Origin: Octopus bimaculoides
Lineage: Eukaryota
Assembly (NCBI RefSeq): GCF_001194135.2
Contig: NC_068995.1
Location: forward strand, 13,112,657-13,176,656
DNA: 64,000 bases
Direction of reading: 5' to 3'
Shown here piece after piece: positions 22,598 to 37,879 of this stretch. A program made the translations under genes and the position numbers. Numbering within the stretch: position 1 is the stretch's first letter; each line of letters begins with the position of its first letter. Under the pieces are notes generated by a model, which saw only the letters and a list, made by a program, of their open reading frames with translations, did not search any database and had not been told where the DNA came from.

Positions 22598-24430
22598 TTA
22601 ATGCTGATAACAGAATGGTAATTTCTGTTGACCGAGACATTTCACCATCCACAAAAGTAGCAACATTTACCCATGTTGTAGAATATTTGTTGAATTAGGG
22701 AATGTGAATATAAAAGGCTAAGCAAACAAAACTTATTGTAAATGCATCAAACGATGGCTGGAATGTTGATGGTACAATGCATTAATCAATGCAATCAACA
22801 GATAAAACAGGGCTGATATTATTTGTGCAATATTATATTCAAAGAAAATGTCGGTTTTGTTTCATAGTCACTTTATTTTTTAACTATTATACTAACAGTA
22901 TTTCATGTATAAACCTGACAGGAGTCACACTTGGAAACTTTAACCCTTTGGCATTCAGATCATTCTATCAAGTGTAACACTTCCTTATTCACATTGTTTT
23001 AAACTTATCCTGCTATTATCTTGTAGCCTTGATATTTCAGTTTATGTGACTGTACATTTTCTAGACTAACATATTTGAGTAGGTGTGAGAGGCTGGATCT
23101 GGCCAGTTTGAACATATAACAGGAAAAATATTGTGGCTGGATAAGGCCAGTTTAAGGTAATCCTACAACACCTGCTACAATAAAGAAAATGCCAACCTAA
23201 GCAGTGTGCAGGGGTTAGTGTCATCTAACCCTTTTGATACCAATCCACCTGAGATAACCCCTGACACTATAATACAAACTTCCTGTTTTCTTTTAATATT
23301 CCAAAAGAAATATAGTAACAAAGGGGTTAATCAAAACCGTTTTAATAAGGAAACAAAACTGCACCCCTAGATTCAATTTAGCAAGTATTTACAGTGGTGT
23401 TAACACTTATCATTAATACAAAATTAATTATTAACATATATCTCATGTTAGGCCTTGTAATAATACTAATAACAGCAGGACTTATATGATACTAGCAGTA
23501 TAACCCGACCTTGNNNNNNNNNNNNNNNNNNNNNNNNNNNNNNNNNNNNNNNNNNNNNNNNNNNNNNNNNNNNNNNNNNNNNNNNNNNNNNNNNNNNNNN
23601 NNNNNNNNNNNNNCACACACACACACACACACATTTCCATCTCATGACAGAAAAAGAAAGTATTTAAATACATATTATACTGCTATTTTTTAATGCTTCT
23701 TCTTTCCTATACACACACGTGTGTGTATGTGTATATACATTATATATATATATATTATATATATATATATATATATTCACACAGTCTAAATGCCTGTGTG
23801 TATGTGTGTCACTTGTATATTGTTTACTGATTGTAATTTAATGTGGGCTGTTAAGTTTCCTTTTCAATTCTATTTTCTACTCTCTGACTACTCTTTTACA
23901 GAGAAAATATTAATAAGACCGACTTTCTCAGAATTATAGGGTTAAGAAAATTGTTAACATTTGACATGATTTTTTTTTTTTTTTTTTTCACAACAGAAAA
24001 AAAATAAGCTGTATCTAAATATATACAATACTGCTACTATTTCACTGCTACTTTAAAAATTTTTAAATTTGTCTTCTTTCCTAAATTTTAAACACATCTC
24101 ATTCTGAATCTTTTGATAATCTTCTGTTTTTTAAAACTTCCATATCAGTTTTATATATTGGAAAATACTGTTTTGTTTTCTGTTAAGCAATGAATGAAGA
24201 GGCTAAAAATACGTATTTATAGGACAGCATACAACCAAACAACATTCAAGCATTTATCTTTTTTGCGCTTTATGCATTGCGGTCATGTTGTATTGAATTT
24301 TTCAGCAAGCTGCCAAAAATATTTTGAAGCATGCTACATATTTCCTATGNNNNNNNNNNNNNNNNNNNNNNNNNNNNNNNNNNTTTTAAATAAGTGTGAT
24401 AATTGTTTTAATTAATCTGAAACAACATTC

Positions 24431-24465
<35 letters not shown>

Positions 24466-26353
24466 GATGCTACTATCAATTTATGTAGAGAGAGAATTAC
24501 TACACACACACACACACACACACAGATTGGATAAGAACTACCAACACGAAAGTTTCAAGTTCAAATTCTCTGAATGTGCTTTGTCATTCATTTTATTTGA
24601 GAAAGTCCTTTTAATTCGATACAGCCTAGTTTTTACGTAGACGCACAGAGATGTTACCTGTGATTATAACACGACATCCTAGCCAATATGAAACGTATCG
24701 CTTATCTGCTTAACACTTGCAAAAGTAAAAGCCATGCATAAGGACAGGCTTTTATAAGCTTCTTGAAACTCAGGCAACATTTACAAAGAAAGAGATACAT
24801 AGACAAACAGCGATAAGAGACAGAGAGAGAGGGAGAGGTCATTTCAGCTAATTAGAACAAGAAAATTATCACTTACATCAAACATTAAGTTTAAGACCAT
24901 CTCCATAGATCTGCTGAAGCAGGCCTAAGTAGAGTTACACAGCAACAGCTGACCTTTATTAATGTAGCAAATGTCAAACACATGGTTCAGGTTATCAACA
25001 GACAGTTCATTGAAATTATCTAGAACTGTGTCAGCTGATTACTTTGTAGCAATCACTTTATAGTAATTCTTAGTAATAATAGTGAGTTGGTAGGCTACAT
25101 ACATTTCTCTTGAACTTGGAATACTTTCTCTCTTAAATCTAAACCAATGGCAGGTTTTAAAATTGGTTTTACTATATATTGCTAGCATAGTAAAATTTAT
25201 TATTCAATTTTTTTTATAGGCGTAGGCAGGAGTGGCTGTAGTAAGTAGCTTGCTTACCAACCACATGGTTCTGGGTTCAGTCCCACTGAAATTTTTTTTT
25301 TTTAAACATCCTTTACTTTTGTTCTAAATGTAATTTAATATCTTTTGAAGTTGAAGAATGATATGCTGGTTGAAAGTGAGTGTGAAAATATATGCAAGTT
25401 AATTTCGTATAAGAAACTAGGTTTTATAAGATCTAGGAGTGGAGTGTCATTGCCCGAATCAAATTCCTGTATGCAAGAACAGATACGACTGTTTTTACAG
25501 ATTTGGAATTTGGTGCAGAAATGTTCTACAGCAACTCAATGCAAAATAGGAGTGGAAATTTCTGAGTCAGAGAGCATGAGAAAACCAAATATAATCAGTT
25601 GATTTGCAATAGACTTAGTGGCAGTCTGTACCAACGAATTCAACAGACTAACAGCAAAACAATTGAGAAGTATTAAAGAAAGCTAGCGAAAGAAAAAAAA
25701 AAGAAAATGGAGAAATATGAAATCTTTCTAAATCAGAAAAATAAAAGGATATTTCCGGAGTATTTTTATCATTTATCATTCACTTGTTTCAGGTCATTAG
25801 ACTGTGACCATGCTGGGGCACCACCTTGAAGAATTTTAGACGACTAAATCAACCCCAGTACTTATTCTATCAGTCTTTTTTTTTTTTTCTGCTGAACCAC
25901 TGAATTACAGGGGTGCAAACACTTCAACACTAGTTGGAAAGCAGTGGTAAGGAGGGCAAACACAAGATAATGACTGATACACACACACACGCATATATAT
26001 AGAGAGAGAGAGTTTGGAGGGATATATTATCTGGGCAGATACCATATTAGCTCTCAGTTAAGTTCCAGTTAACGGCTAACAACAACAGTGCTGCATTGAA
26101 AATACCGTATCTTTCTACCCTATCATGACTTTATATTTACACATACACATATCTTACACCACAAGGCAGATTCTAAGAAAGAAAAAAGAAAAATTAGATA
26201 GTACTTAACTGGTAGTTTAGACCCCACCACCACTACCACCACAATAAATGGAAAACAAAGTTAACCCCGGTAGAATTTGAACTCAGAGCATAGAGAGCTG
26301 GAATAGAAGGGACTTTATCCAACATTCTAACAACTGCCAATTTACTACCGTAT

Positions 26354-26386
<33 letters not shown>

Positions 26387-26680
26387 TCTTGCTATTTTTT
26401 TTCTTTTGCTCAATAATTTGAAATAACTTGAGAAAATATCAGAAAAGCAGAAGATATTGATTGCACTTGGAGCAAGAGTTATCCGACTATTAGAAATAGC
26501 AGCCAGTCTCCTTCATATCACACCTATTGTCTTATAAACAGAATATACTGAATAATTCCTAAGTGCAAAAAGAAGCTCCGAGTGGTTACAGATGGATTAT
26601 TCGCGATTGCAGCTAATCCTAGAACTCATGCAACAGAATAAACATCTCATTGTGTCTAACGTGTAATAGCTATCTTTGGT

Positions 26681-27092
26681 ATCATCATCATCATCGTTTA
26701 ACATCCGCTTTCCATGCTAGCATGGGTTGGACGAGTTGACTGAGGACTGGCGAACCAGATGGCTACATCAGGCTCCAATCTGATTTGGCAGAGTTTCTAC
26801 AGCTGGATGCCCTTCCTAACGCCAACCACTCCAAGAGTGTAGTGGGTGCTTTTCCATGCCACCGGCACGAAAGCCAGTCAAGAGGTACTGGCAACGGCCA
26901 CACTCAAAATGGTGTATTTTACATGCCACCTGCACAGGAGCCAGTCAAGCGGCACTGGCAACGATCTCGCTCGAATGTCTTTTCACGTGCCACCGGCACA
27001 AGTGCCAGGAAGGCAACGTTGGTAACAATCATGCTCAAATGGTGCTATCTACGTGCCACTGGCACGGAAGACAGACAGCTGCTCTGGCAACG
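26681..27092 (-). mobile_element. Family A copy, 4 array units
   Basis: Closely similar to 8300-8762 over about 400 bp. Confidence 0.9.
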
Positions 27093-27639
27093 TTTAATAT
27101 AATTAATATTGTTTCATCACTGCAAACTGGGTTTTGGGATTCTCTTATGATACAGTCTTGCCTAGAGAAACAGCTAACCATTCAGTAAAATTGTTCTANN
27201 NNNNNNNNTTTTTTTTTTTTTTTTTTTTTTTTTTTTTTCTTTAATAGAAATAGCTTTTCAGATGTAAATCAAATTTATATTTAATTTACTTCGGAACAAA
27301 CCATCAGTAACAAATAACCAGACAGCTGTGGGAGGAGGTAGTTACCTGTGATGGAGTTGTGTGTCATCTCCATGGAAATATTTTAAGCCTTGTGTCTATG
27401 CGATAAAACGCTATAGAATATGAAATGAGTTTAGAAATAACAGTGCCCATAGCTTTTTCAGTGCTGCTACTGTCTAGTAAATTCAAGGTCACCGATATTT
27501 AGCTTCAATTCCTGAATTTATTTAGATCATAGTTTGTGAAGACAGATGTGCAGGAGGAAAAGTATTCCAAGAGATTACATTTCTAGGAGAGGAAGGACCA
27601 GGTACAGCATTTTGTACAGAGTGTATTGCCGATATTTAT

Positions 27640-27850
27640 AACCCCAGGTCAGGCCTGATCAAACAGACCAGTGATCGAAGGCAGTCCAACCACGACTTTC
27701 TCATTTCTTTCCCACGTGAAGAGAATTCGGAATCACATTGTCCAAATTGTCCATTTCTAAGATGGAAGAGTGTATAATTTGGGGGGAGATTTGACCGCAG
27801 TTTTTAGCAGGTCAAGTGACTATGTAGAGGCTCTCTCATTGGCTCAACAA
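27640..27850. repeat. Unclassified dispersed repeat (GATTTGGCTGCTATTTCTAGCAGGT motif family), representative copy
   Basis: The same motif recurs near 5150, 12450, 19060, 26480, 28580, 28740, 34010, 36820, 37940, 42040, 45750, 50080 and 53385. Confidence 0.6.
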
Positions 27851-28984
27851 GTACAGTGTGATGTGAGCAGATCACAGCAGACACAATGAATACAAGACAT
27901 TGGACTATGCTAGAGTTATACTGTTTGCAAGTTCAGAGGAGTATACAACATTACATATCACTTATGTACAGTGACTCAAGTGTTTAAATTGCTATACAGG
28001 GTATTCAAGCCTAGCTATAGCAATTATTCTACCTCTAGGTAAAGTACACAAAACTCATTTTTGCTTTTCTTTCTGCTTATTAAACCAAATTCTACTCCCA
28101 CTTAACCGTTGAGTGGTTAACTTTGGAAAGAACATCCAGCTGTATTAAACACACACACACAAAAATAAAAAAACTTATTCCAGATAACAAGCAAATCTAT
28201 TTCTTACAATATCTTTTGTTTCAGTCATCAGACTGCAGCCAAGCAAGGGCACCACCTTGAGGAATTTTAGTAGAATGAATCGACCCCAGGACTTTTTTTC
28301 TAAGCCTTACTCTAAGTACTAAGCCTTTTTCTAAGTACTTACTCTATCAGTTGCTTTTGTCGAACCACAAAGTTACAACACTGGTTGTCAAGCGATACTG
28401 AGGGACTGACAGAGACGTAAAGACACACAAATATATACAACAGGCTCTATCTCCCCATTACCTACAGCTAGGCTGCTGTTTAGCCCCAGGTTAGCATTCA
28501 CTGACTAAAACTAATTATCAAAGGTATTCTTGTCATGACCATGCCTTCATTTTTAAGATCACAGAATGTGATCTGATTGATACTTGGCTGCCATTTCAAG
28601 CAGATCGACCAAACACCTACAATGTACAATGATTACAGCTAAGTTGTTCAATCCCAAGCAAGCCCTAAATGAGCAGATCTATGCTCAAAAGTGTCTTTGT
28701 CATGACCATGTTGTCATTTTATAGAATGTGAGATAATTTGGTTGTTATTTCCAACTGGTCAAGTGACCGTGTAGAAGTCCTACCATTGCAACACTATAGC
28801 TACAAAGAATTTAAGTCTCTTGTCATGAAACACAACAGAATAACTGGAGTAGATATAACCTACCAATCTATGAGTTGTTAATCAAATACTTCCTCATCTG
28901 AGCCTATTCATGTCAACAAAAGCAACACCCCTTAATCTTCTAGCATTCAGATTACTCTATTAAAGCTAATGTTTATTTATTCAT

Positions 28985-29390
28985 ATGGTTCCAGGTTCAG
29001 TCCCACTGAGTAGCACCTTGGGCAAGTGCCTTCTACTATAGCCTCAGGCCAACCAAAGCCTTGCGAGTAGATTTAGTAGAAGGAAACTGAAAGAAGCCCG
29101 TTTTATATATAAATATATGTACATACACATGTATGTATGTATGTATGTATAGTTAATGTGTGTCGGTGTCATTGTTTGTTCCTCCATCACCACTTGACAA
29201 CCCTTGTTGGTGTGTTTAAATCCCTGTAACTTAGCAGTTCGGCAAAAGTGACAGATAGAATAAGAAATAGGATTTTTTTTTTTTAATAAGTGCTGGGGTC
29301 GATTTGTTCAACTAAAACCCTTCAAGGTGATGCTTCAGAATGACTGCAGTCAAATGGCTGAAACAAGTAAAAGAATAAAAGAATTGTTCT
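28985..29390 (+). mobile_element. SINE-B copy
   Basis: ggttcagtcccactgag..ccttgggcaagtg ... ggctgaaacaagtaaaagaataaaag. Confidence 0.82.
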
Positions 29391-30419
29391 GAATTTGTCT
29401 CATAGCTTTGAGATTTCGATAATGCGATTGTTTATACTTTGAATTACATTGTCAAGTAGGTTTAAGAGGCCAGATTTGACTAGTTTAAATACTAAACAGT
29501 TAAACCAAGTTATCACAGTTTTAACAGATATTTTATAACGTTAGCAATGCTTATAAACTGGAAAATTAAATTGTTAATCCTTTTATTTCTATATTTCTGT
29601 TAAAATACACTGCTTCGTTTAAATTAATTTCGAAATTAATGAAGAAAATAACTGAAGTAAAAGAATCTAGTAAACCTAACTTAGTGTTTGGAACATAAAT
29701 TAACATTTTGATGGAAGTTTTTTTTTATTTAAAGCAATTTAAAACAGGAAGATTGTAACATACTGCTAGGGGCGGTCTCAGAAGAGTTTAATTAGTTATG
29801 CCACATAACTCAAAACAATCATATTAAGTAATTAAGTAGTGTAAAAGAGGCGGGGATCATTACTTTATATCAAAATCAACTAATTTGTTTGAAATAACGA
29901 TGCATATATCATTGGTAATGAACACCTAAATGAGAACAGCACCATCTGGAAGATTTTGTCTCACAAAGTCAGAGCCTCTAAAGAGAAGTCATTTTAAAAG
30001 ACAAAATCTTACAGCTAGTACAAGTTTACATTTGCAGATATGTTATATATACATTGTTATGGTAATCTAATGCTGTTTGAAGTGCTTATATTAATTTTTT
30101 TCAAAACTTTAAATGCAATTCGTATATCTACATACATGCTCAACGATGTATATGCACCCACACACTTACACACACAGAGTAACAAGCAGGGAGATGCTAT
30201 GTTGACACAACCCATTCAACCCATGATAGCAAGAAACACTGGACATAAAACAATGATGATGATGATTGATTGATTGATTGATTGATAGTGTGTGTGTGTG
30301 TGTGTGTGTGCTGTCATATATGTCTATGTTCACAGCAAAAATGTCTAGATTTCAAAATTAATATAAAAATTGCATTTGTTTTTGCAAGGGTTTTTAACAT
30401 TATATATAATTTTTTTTTC

Positions 30420-30570
30420 TCCGTGTTTTTCTCCTTGTCTCCGTATTCTTTCTGTTGAAGAGCGTAGCTCGAAACGTCAAAGACTTTCCGTATTCCCGAG
30501 CGTCATACTAATATATACTTTTGTTATTTACACCACCTGTCCTCGTCTGTTGTTATTTTTTGTATATTCT
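30420..30570. mobile_element. Possible Penelope-like terminal remnant
   Basis: gaagagcgtagctcgaaacgtca motif of the GAAG..CGAAACGT type. Similar short motifs occur near 32260, 33330, 46960 and 61970. Weak. Confidence 0.3.
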
Positions 30571-30571
30571 C

Positions 30572-30614
<43 letters not shown>

Positions 30615-31151
30615 CACACACACACACACACACATGTAGATATTTGTATTTCTTGTTGGTTTAAGTCATAAGCCATTACTCTTGATTTTCTGAATATATT
30701 CACTTCATCAAACAGCAGCCATAGCAGANNNNNNNNNNNNNNNNNNNNNNNNNNNNNNNNNNNNNNNNNNNNNNNNNNNNNNNNNNNNNNNNNNNNNNNN
30801 NNNNNNNNNNNNNNNNNNNNNNNNNNNNNNNNNNNNNNNNNNNNNNNNNNNNNNNNNNNNNNNNNNNNNNNNNNNNNNNNNNNNNNNNNNNNNNNNNNNN
30901 NNNNNNNNNNNNNNNNNNNNNNNNNNNNNNNNNNNNNNNNNNNNNNNNNNNNNNNNNNNNNNNNNNNNNNNNNNNNNNNNNNNNNNNNNNNNNNNNNNNN
31001 NNNNNNNNNNNNNNNNNNNNNNNNNNNNNNNNNNNNNNNNNNNNNNNNNNNNNNNNNNNNNNNNNNNNNATATATTTTCAATAGATATTTATCAAAACAA
31101 TTTATATTTACTTAATTACATTTCTGGCCATTTACGTTCTAATATTAATGA

Positions 31152-31203
<52 letters not shown>

Positions 31204-32153
31204 AGCAATGATGTCTATAGCAATTAACAGTTAATGTCAGGAAAATTAATAATGGTCATAAATTTCTAATAGAGACTAATGAAGTGTGATATTTTCAGCA
31301 TGTTATTAGTTATCGAAATGATGAAAGTAATGGACTAACAAAGGCACTGGGTTGTATGATAAAGATTGTGTTATATTCACAGTTTCTTTACCTGAGACAA
31401 AATACTATCCTTATGTCTCAGATGAACCCACAACCTATGAGTTAGTAATCCAGTTGTGTGGACAATCATAGCCACACAACCAGTTCACTTCTACAATAAA
31501 AATACTAGGCTGAAATATATAACTACTTCAACTTAATTCAACTATCTCCGGCTTAGAGTCTAAGCATGGTGGTGATTGCCACAGCGTTTAAACGCAGGTG
31601 TAACTACATTGAGCAAACTTAAGATGAAAATATTCCAACTAAACCACCCTGTGCCTACTTTCTTTTTTAAGACAGTTTGGTTTGAGAGAGAAGATGGTTG
31701 TTGTTTTAAACACTTTGGGCAACTACATAAATGCTCCCTGGTTTAGTAATGATGTGAAACTTGTTTCTCAGCTAACATAATTAATATTCCTATACCGGAG
31801 AGCAGGTGAAGGAAGTTGATTTATATTGAGTGGCGGATCACATGCATAGGAGTGCCCTCACAGACACACATAAGCAACAGTAACATACTGAAATAGTTTG
31901 ATCATCATCATTGTTTTAACATCCGCTTTTCCACACTTCAGTGGATGAAAAAAAAATTCACTGAAACAGATGCTCTCTTCTTGTCACTAATCTTCATCTG
32001 TTTCCATGCAAGGTAATATTTCCCCAAGTCCTTCAAACACTAACATTTCAATGGACATGTTTTCACAGAAGATGGTAAACAAATGACACTTTTTGTATGA
32101 ATGGTGATTTTCTTTACAATCAGCACACAAACACACAAATGCATTTGTGTGTA

Positions 32154-32192
<39 letters not shown>

Positions 32193-33724
32193 AGTTTGGA
32201 AACGCCAATATATAAAAAATGAATTTTAATTTATAATTGTGTCAGAGATATTTTTAACATGTTTCGGTTCTTGAAAAAATGAACCTTATCAAAAATACAT
32301 GTTTAAAAAAATGAAATTAAATGAAAAGTTCATAATTCTTCCTTACTGGTGTCAACAGTCCAGGTGGGAGCATTTTTTGTTGGTTGTAGTAGTAGTAGTG
32401 ACCGTGTTGGTAATGATATATATATATCTTTTATCTCCTTGTTTCAGTTATTAGACAGTGGTCATACTGGGGCACCAACTAGACAAATTTTTAGTCAATT
32501 GAATTGATCTCAGTACTTTTTTTTTATAAAGCTTAGTACTTATTTTATCAATCACTTTTGCCGAACTGCTAAGTTATGGGGACATAAACACACCAACTCT
32601 GGTTGTCAAGAGGTAGTGGGGGGGACAAACATGACACACAACAGGCTTCCTTCAGTTTCCATTTACCAAATCCACAAGGCTTTGGTCGGCCTAGGGCTCT
32701 AGAAGACATTTGTCCAAGGTGCCATGCAATGGAACTGAACCTAGAACCATGTGGTTGGGAAGCAAGCTTTTTACTACAGCCATACAACACATGCATTTAT
32801 TTATTTATATATATACATACACACACATTAGCATTTATACATACTTTATACACACACATAACAGGCTTCTTTCAGTTTCCATTTACCAAATTCATTCACA
32901 AAACTTTGATTGGCCAGAGGCTCAAAGAGAAGACATTTGCCCAAAGTGGTCTTCTGAATCATACAGACAAGCCTATGTTTTTTCAAAGTTCATCATAGCC
33001 TTGTTAAGAAAAAAAAAAAAAAATCTAATTTATCCATTTCTTCAAACATTAGAAATTGATTATATATTTATTACCTTCCTACAGTACTGTGAGGATAAAG
33101 ATATACACACACACACACACGCATACACCTCAAATCCCACCCCCACCCTTAATATCATTACAGTAAAATGATATGAAGATAAAATTATAGAAGAAAAATT
33201 TTTTTGGTTTTTTTTTGGGGGGGTTTTTTCTAAATTAAACTTCAACATATTCCTCAATGTTTGAAGTATGTTAGTGATTATATTTATGATGACTAACTGC
33301 TGAGATAGCTGAAATATCTCACGTGTAAAGTTTTCATTCGAAAGACGGAAGAGAGAAAGAACGAATGAAAACGAGGAGAGAAAATTGTTTTTAATCTTGT
33401 AACACATATGCAACGAAGAAGAAGAAGAAGAAGGAAGGCCTGCAAAGACTGTAATGGGAAATTAGAATATGGTATTGCTAAGAATGCAGCAGAAGCAATT
33501 CCAAACACCCAGTCTTTGGTGACACTACAATGCTTGCTATAAAAAGACTATCAATCAAGGCTTGTTCAACACTTCATTCAGTGTAGAAGAAGCAGCAGCA
33601 GCTGCTGTTATTGTTGTTGTTGTGCTGAAGGTCAGCCCTAATCAAACATACTAATAATCAAGAGACTTCCAGCCATGACTACCACACCTTTTTTTTCCAT
33701 CTGTATCAAGGACCACATTACCCA

Positions 33725-33764
<40 letters not shown>

Positions 33765-34990
33765 GAAACATTCCTGTCACATGGGACCTTGGAGACTGCT
33801 AAAATGTAAGAAAGTATACTAGTCCTTTGATATTTAATATTCAATATTTCATTTATTAAATAAGACAATACTTCATTTCATTTTACTATACCTACTACTA
33901 TATATACTATATATTCTATATCCTATATTAATATTATAAGAATATAAATAAAACAAAAAAAAGACAGAGTTGGAATTCCTTTGAATAATATATATATATA
34001 TATATATAAAGATGACAGCTATTTTTAGCAAGTCAAGCAAACAATCACAAAGCTTTTCTCACAGGCAGGATTCAGGCACACAATTTTGGTGTTGCTGTCT
34101 GATACTGAAGGTACCAAACTTGAAGATGATCATACAAATGATTGTTGTTCTAAGTTTCTCGACATCGTACCCCGCTTTTTTTTTTTTTTTTTTGAGAAGA
34201 AAACCAAAATACTAAAACCCTCCTCTCCCTCCAACCAAACATCCTATAAAGTTTAACAATAGTGATATTGCTGTAGAAATATAGCATTTTAATAGAAGAC
34301 AGTTTCATTCATAAATCTTCAACAAAGTTTTAGAAATACTCATAATATACTACAATACTTAAGCTCTTAGTGTTCACTGTACTTTTCAACCTATGCTAAT
34401 TAATATAGGGGGAGGTTAACAAAAACTTAAAACCTATTGATAGTTCCATAATTGTCTTTTCCAAATATTTTAAACATCTTTCTTTTCTTGTAAGTTTTTA
34501 GCAAACTGATAAAATGATTAAAATATTTAAATTTGATTTAGGGGATTAATTTAGTCAATATATATGTGTGCATGTGTATGTGTGTGTTGTGTATCTTAAG
34601 GAGTATTTTTTAAAATAAAAAAAACATTTCAAGATAAAATAAAAGCCAAGCATATTAATTATATAATTAGCAGATAATACAAAACTGAAATAGAGTGAGA
34701 AAAAGCCCTTTATCATTTATCATTTAATTAAAATATAAATATCATTATCATGTAACGTCAGTAAAGTTTTGAGGTCTGTGCCAAATCCCTGAGTCATGCT
34801 GTTCTGCACAGTCAACTATTTTAACTACATTACACAACACAGAACATGGATATTTTAAATGGAGAAAACAATCATGTGTTATATAATTATACATGTTAAT
34901 TAACTTTTAAATGATTTATAGTTTAGATTGTCTCATGTCAAAAAAAAAAATAGCAACTTATTTGTTCTTAAACTCGAAATGGACCACCCA

Positions 34991-35181
34991 CTTTTATTCT
35001 TTTACTTGTTTCAGTCATTTGGCTGTGGCCATGCTGGAGCACCGCCTTTAGTTGAGCAAATCGACCCCAGGACTTATTCTTTGTTAGCCTATTACTTATT
35101 CTATCGGTCTCTTTTTGCTAAGTTACGGGGACGTAAACACACCAGCATCGGTTATCAAGTGATGTTGGTGGGGACAAACAG

Positions 35182-35223
<42 letters not shown>

Positions 35224-35380
35224 GACGGGCTTTTTTCAGTTTCCGTCTACCAAATCCACTCACAAAGCTTTGGTCAGCCCGAGGCTATAGTAGAAGACAC
35301 TTGCCCAAGGTGCCACGCAGTGGGACTGAACCCGGAACCATGTGGTTGGTAGGCAAGCTACTTACCACACAGCCACTCCT
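34991..35380 (-). mobile_element. SINE-B: tRNA-head, CORE-like SINE with internal (TA)n/(CA)n microsatellite; young full-length copy
   Basis: Head AGGAGTGGCTGTGTGGTAAGTAG...GGGTTCAGTCCC, CCTTGGGCAAGTGTCTT segment, tail ...GACTGAAACAAGTAAAAG. Confidence 0.88.
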
Positions 35381-37662
35381 GCACCTAAATTTTGTATGGA
35401 ATACCAGTGGTTCACCTGGACCATACTGTGACCCACTAACCTAATCTAAAAGGGTCAGTGAAGATTATAAAGAATGCCCCCACCTTCTTAGAATAGTTAA
35501 TAAAAACAATGTAACAATAATAGAAAACAATTTCCTAATATCGTAACCTGAAATTAAAAAGAAGTCAACTAAATTTGAGCATTTTCTTTCAAATTTATGC
35601 CCCCACCACCACCCTCACCCCACCCCTAATGTTATAAAATATTTATTATACGAGCCATATGCCTTATATGATTTTACCAATATGTCAAAGTGAGCAATAT
35701 GGTTTTCACCTTAACATTTTTGTTACCATATTTCTGTTGAAATNNNNNNNNNNNNNNNNNNNNNNNNNNNNNNNNNNNNNNNNNNNNNNNNNNNNNNNNN
35801 NNNNNNNNNNNNNNNNNNNNNNNNNNNNNNNNNNNNNNNNNNNNNNNNNNNNNNNNNNNNNNNNNNNNNNNNNNNNNNNNNNNNNNNNNNNNNNNNNNNN
35901 NNNNNNNNNNNNNNNNNNNNNNNNNNNNNNNNNNNNNNNNNNNNNNNNNNNNNNNNNNNNNNNNNNNNNNNNNNNNNNNNNNNNNNNNNNNNNNNNNNNN
36001 NNNNNNNNNNNNNNNNNNNNNNNNNNNNNNNNNNNNNNNNNNNNNNNNNNNNNNNNNNNNNNNNNNNNNNNNNNNNNNNNNNNNNNNNNNNNNNNNNNNN
36101 NNNNNNNNNNNNNNNNNNNNNNNNNNNNNNNNNNNNNNNNNNNNNNNNNNNNNNNNNNNNNNNNNNNNNNNNNNNNNNNNNNNNNNNNNNNNNNNNNNNN
36201 NNNNNNNNNNNNNNNNNNNNNNNNNNNNNNNNNNNNNNNNNNNNNNNNNNNNNNNNNNNNNNNNNNNNNNNNNNNNNNNNNNNNNNNNNNNNNNNNNNNN
36301 NNNNNNNNNNNNNNNNNNNNNNNNNNNNNNNNNNNNNNNNNNNNNNNNNNNNNNNNNNNNNNNNNNNNNNNNNNNNNNNNNNNNNNNNNNNNNNNNNNNN
36401 NATTCAGTGCTTTTTTTTTTTTGTTTTTTCCAATTTACTTCAAAAATATTGAAGAATTTATTTAAAATAACAATCGTCATTTAGCTGGAGTTTGAAACAT
36501 AAATTAACATGAAATTTCAAAGGAAGTTTTAATTTGGTTCACTTCAAAGCAGGATGTACAATTAAAGATGGTCTCAGGTTGATAGCAGAAGGGTTAGGAT
36601 ATTTCTTCTATTCGTCTTCCTTTCAGATATTAGTCAGCAAATAAGCCAACAGGATGTGAAGTAAAGTAATGTTGCAGTTTATATATTTCAACTTACTTTA
36701 TGAAATAAACTCAGATTCAGCAGGCTTATGGTGATGGAAAATCCAACAGTGACCATCCTGCCTTTTACAGGGTTATGTGAGCTTTCATTATCTAATGTAT
36801 CCTTTCTTTATTTAAAACATTAAGAAGATTTGGCTGCTATTTCTTGCAGTATCACATAGAGGCCTCATCATCTCAAAAGTCTGGTTAGTTCTTAAAATGT
36901 AAATATTTTTAAGTAATGATATGAATCTACCATGTAGTACCATATGAATATTAGTTGGTACTATAAGTACCATATGAATCTACCAGTTAGTACACTGTAG
37001 CTTGAGGTAGCTGAACCAATGAGGGAATATCTATGCAGTCACTTCATATGCTAGAAATAACAGCTATATCTCTCTCATCACACCCTATCATCTTAATAAA
37101 AAAAGACAGATTACATAATATAACCCTAGATAAACTGTCAGGAAAAGAGATTGGATGGTCACTACTGGAAAAACCTTTGCTCATGGGTCTGCTTTCATAA
37201 AACAAACAGAGGAACAACAACAATAACATCTAGATTTTGCATGCAGTTCTTCAAGTAAACACGTGGAAACTCAAATCACCCAATACAAATATTCATCAAT
37301 TCTTGCATGTTTACAGCGAACTATCGTCCATGCTCATCCATAATTCCGTTAGCTTATAAAAGCATAGAAACAAAATGTTAGATAAGTAATAATTTCAATT
37401 CATTTTGATGATTTCAGTTAAGTGGTGTCCACTATATTGTATCATTGAACACTGCAGCGCCATTACTCTTTACCTTGTATACTCTTTTACTCTTTTCACT
37501 CTTTTACTTGTTTCAGTCATTTGACTGCAGCCATGCTGGAGCACCGCCTTTAGTCGAGCAAATTGACCCCAGGACTTATTCTTTGGAAGCCTAGTACTCA
37601 TTCTATCAGTCTCTTTTGCCGAACCGCTAAGTTACGGGGACGTAAACACACCAGCATATATA

Positions 37663-37879
37663 TGAGGGAATGCTGAAAAGTTCCTGGCTTTGGGTAAAAG
37701 AAAATACAGGAGGATCAGTTAATTATGATTTTATTCAACATATTCCCCTCTCAGATGCACACACTTATTGCAACAATCCTTTAGTTTTTCTAAACTCTTG
37801 TAAAAGAACTCAGAGGGTTGGGCTTCCAGCCAAGTGTTTCATGATACACTTAAAGCCAGGAACTTTTCAGTACCCCACA
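37663..37879. mobile_element. Mariner-like MITE
   Basis: Inverted termini with a 19-bp perfect core CTGAAAAGTTCCTGGCTTT / AAAGCCAGGAACTTTTCAG; GAGGG-type end after a TA run. Confidence 0.75.

Noticed and set aside
24877-25019. Possible extra leader exon (donor GAT|GTAAGT at 24877)
   Set aside because: No convincing polypyrimidine acceptor; insufficient support.
25345-25602. 85-aa plus-strand ORF in coding-like sequence
   Set aside because: No recognisable domain in any frame; possibly a decayed TE. BLASTX would be needed.
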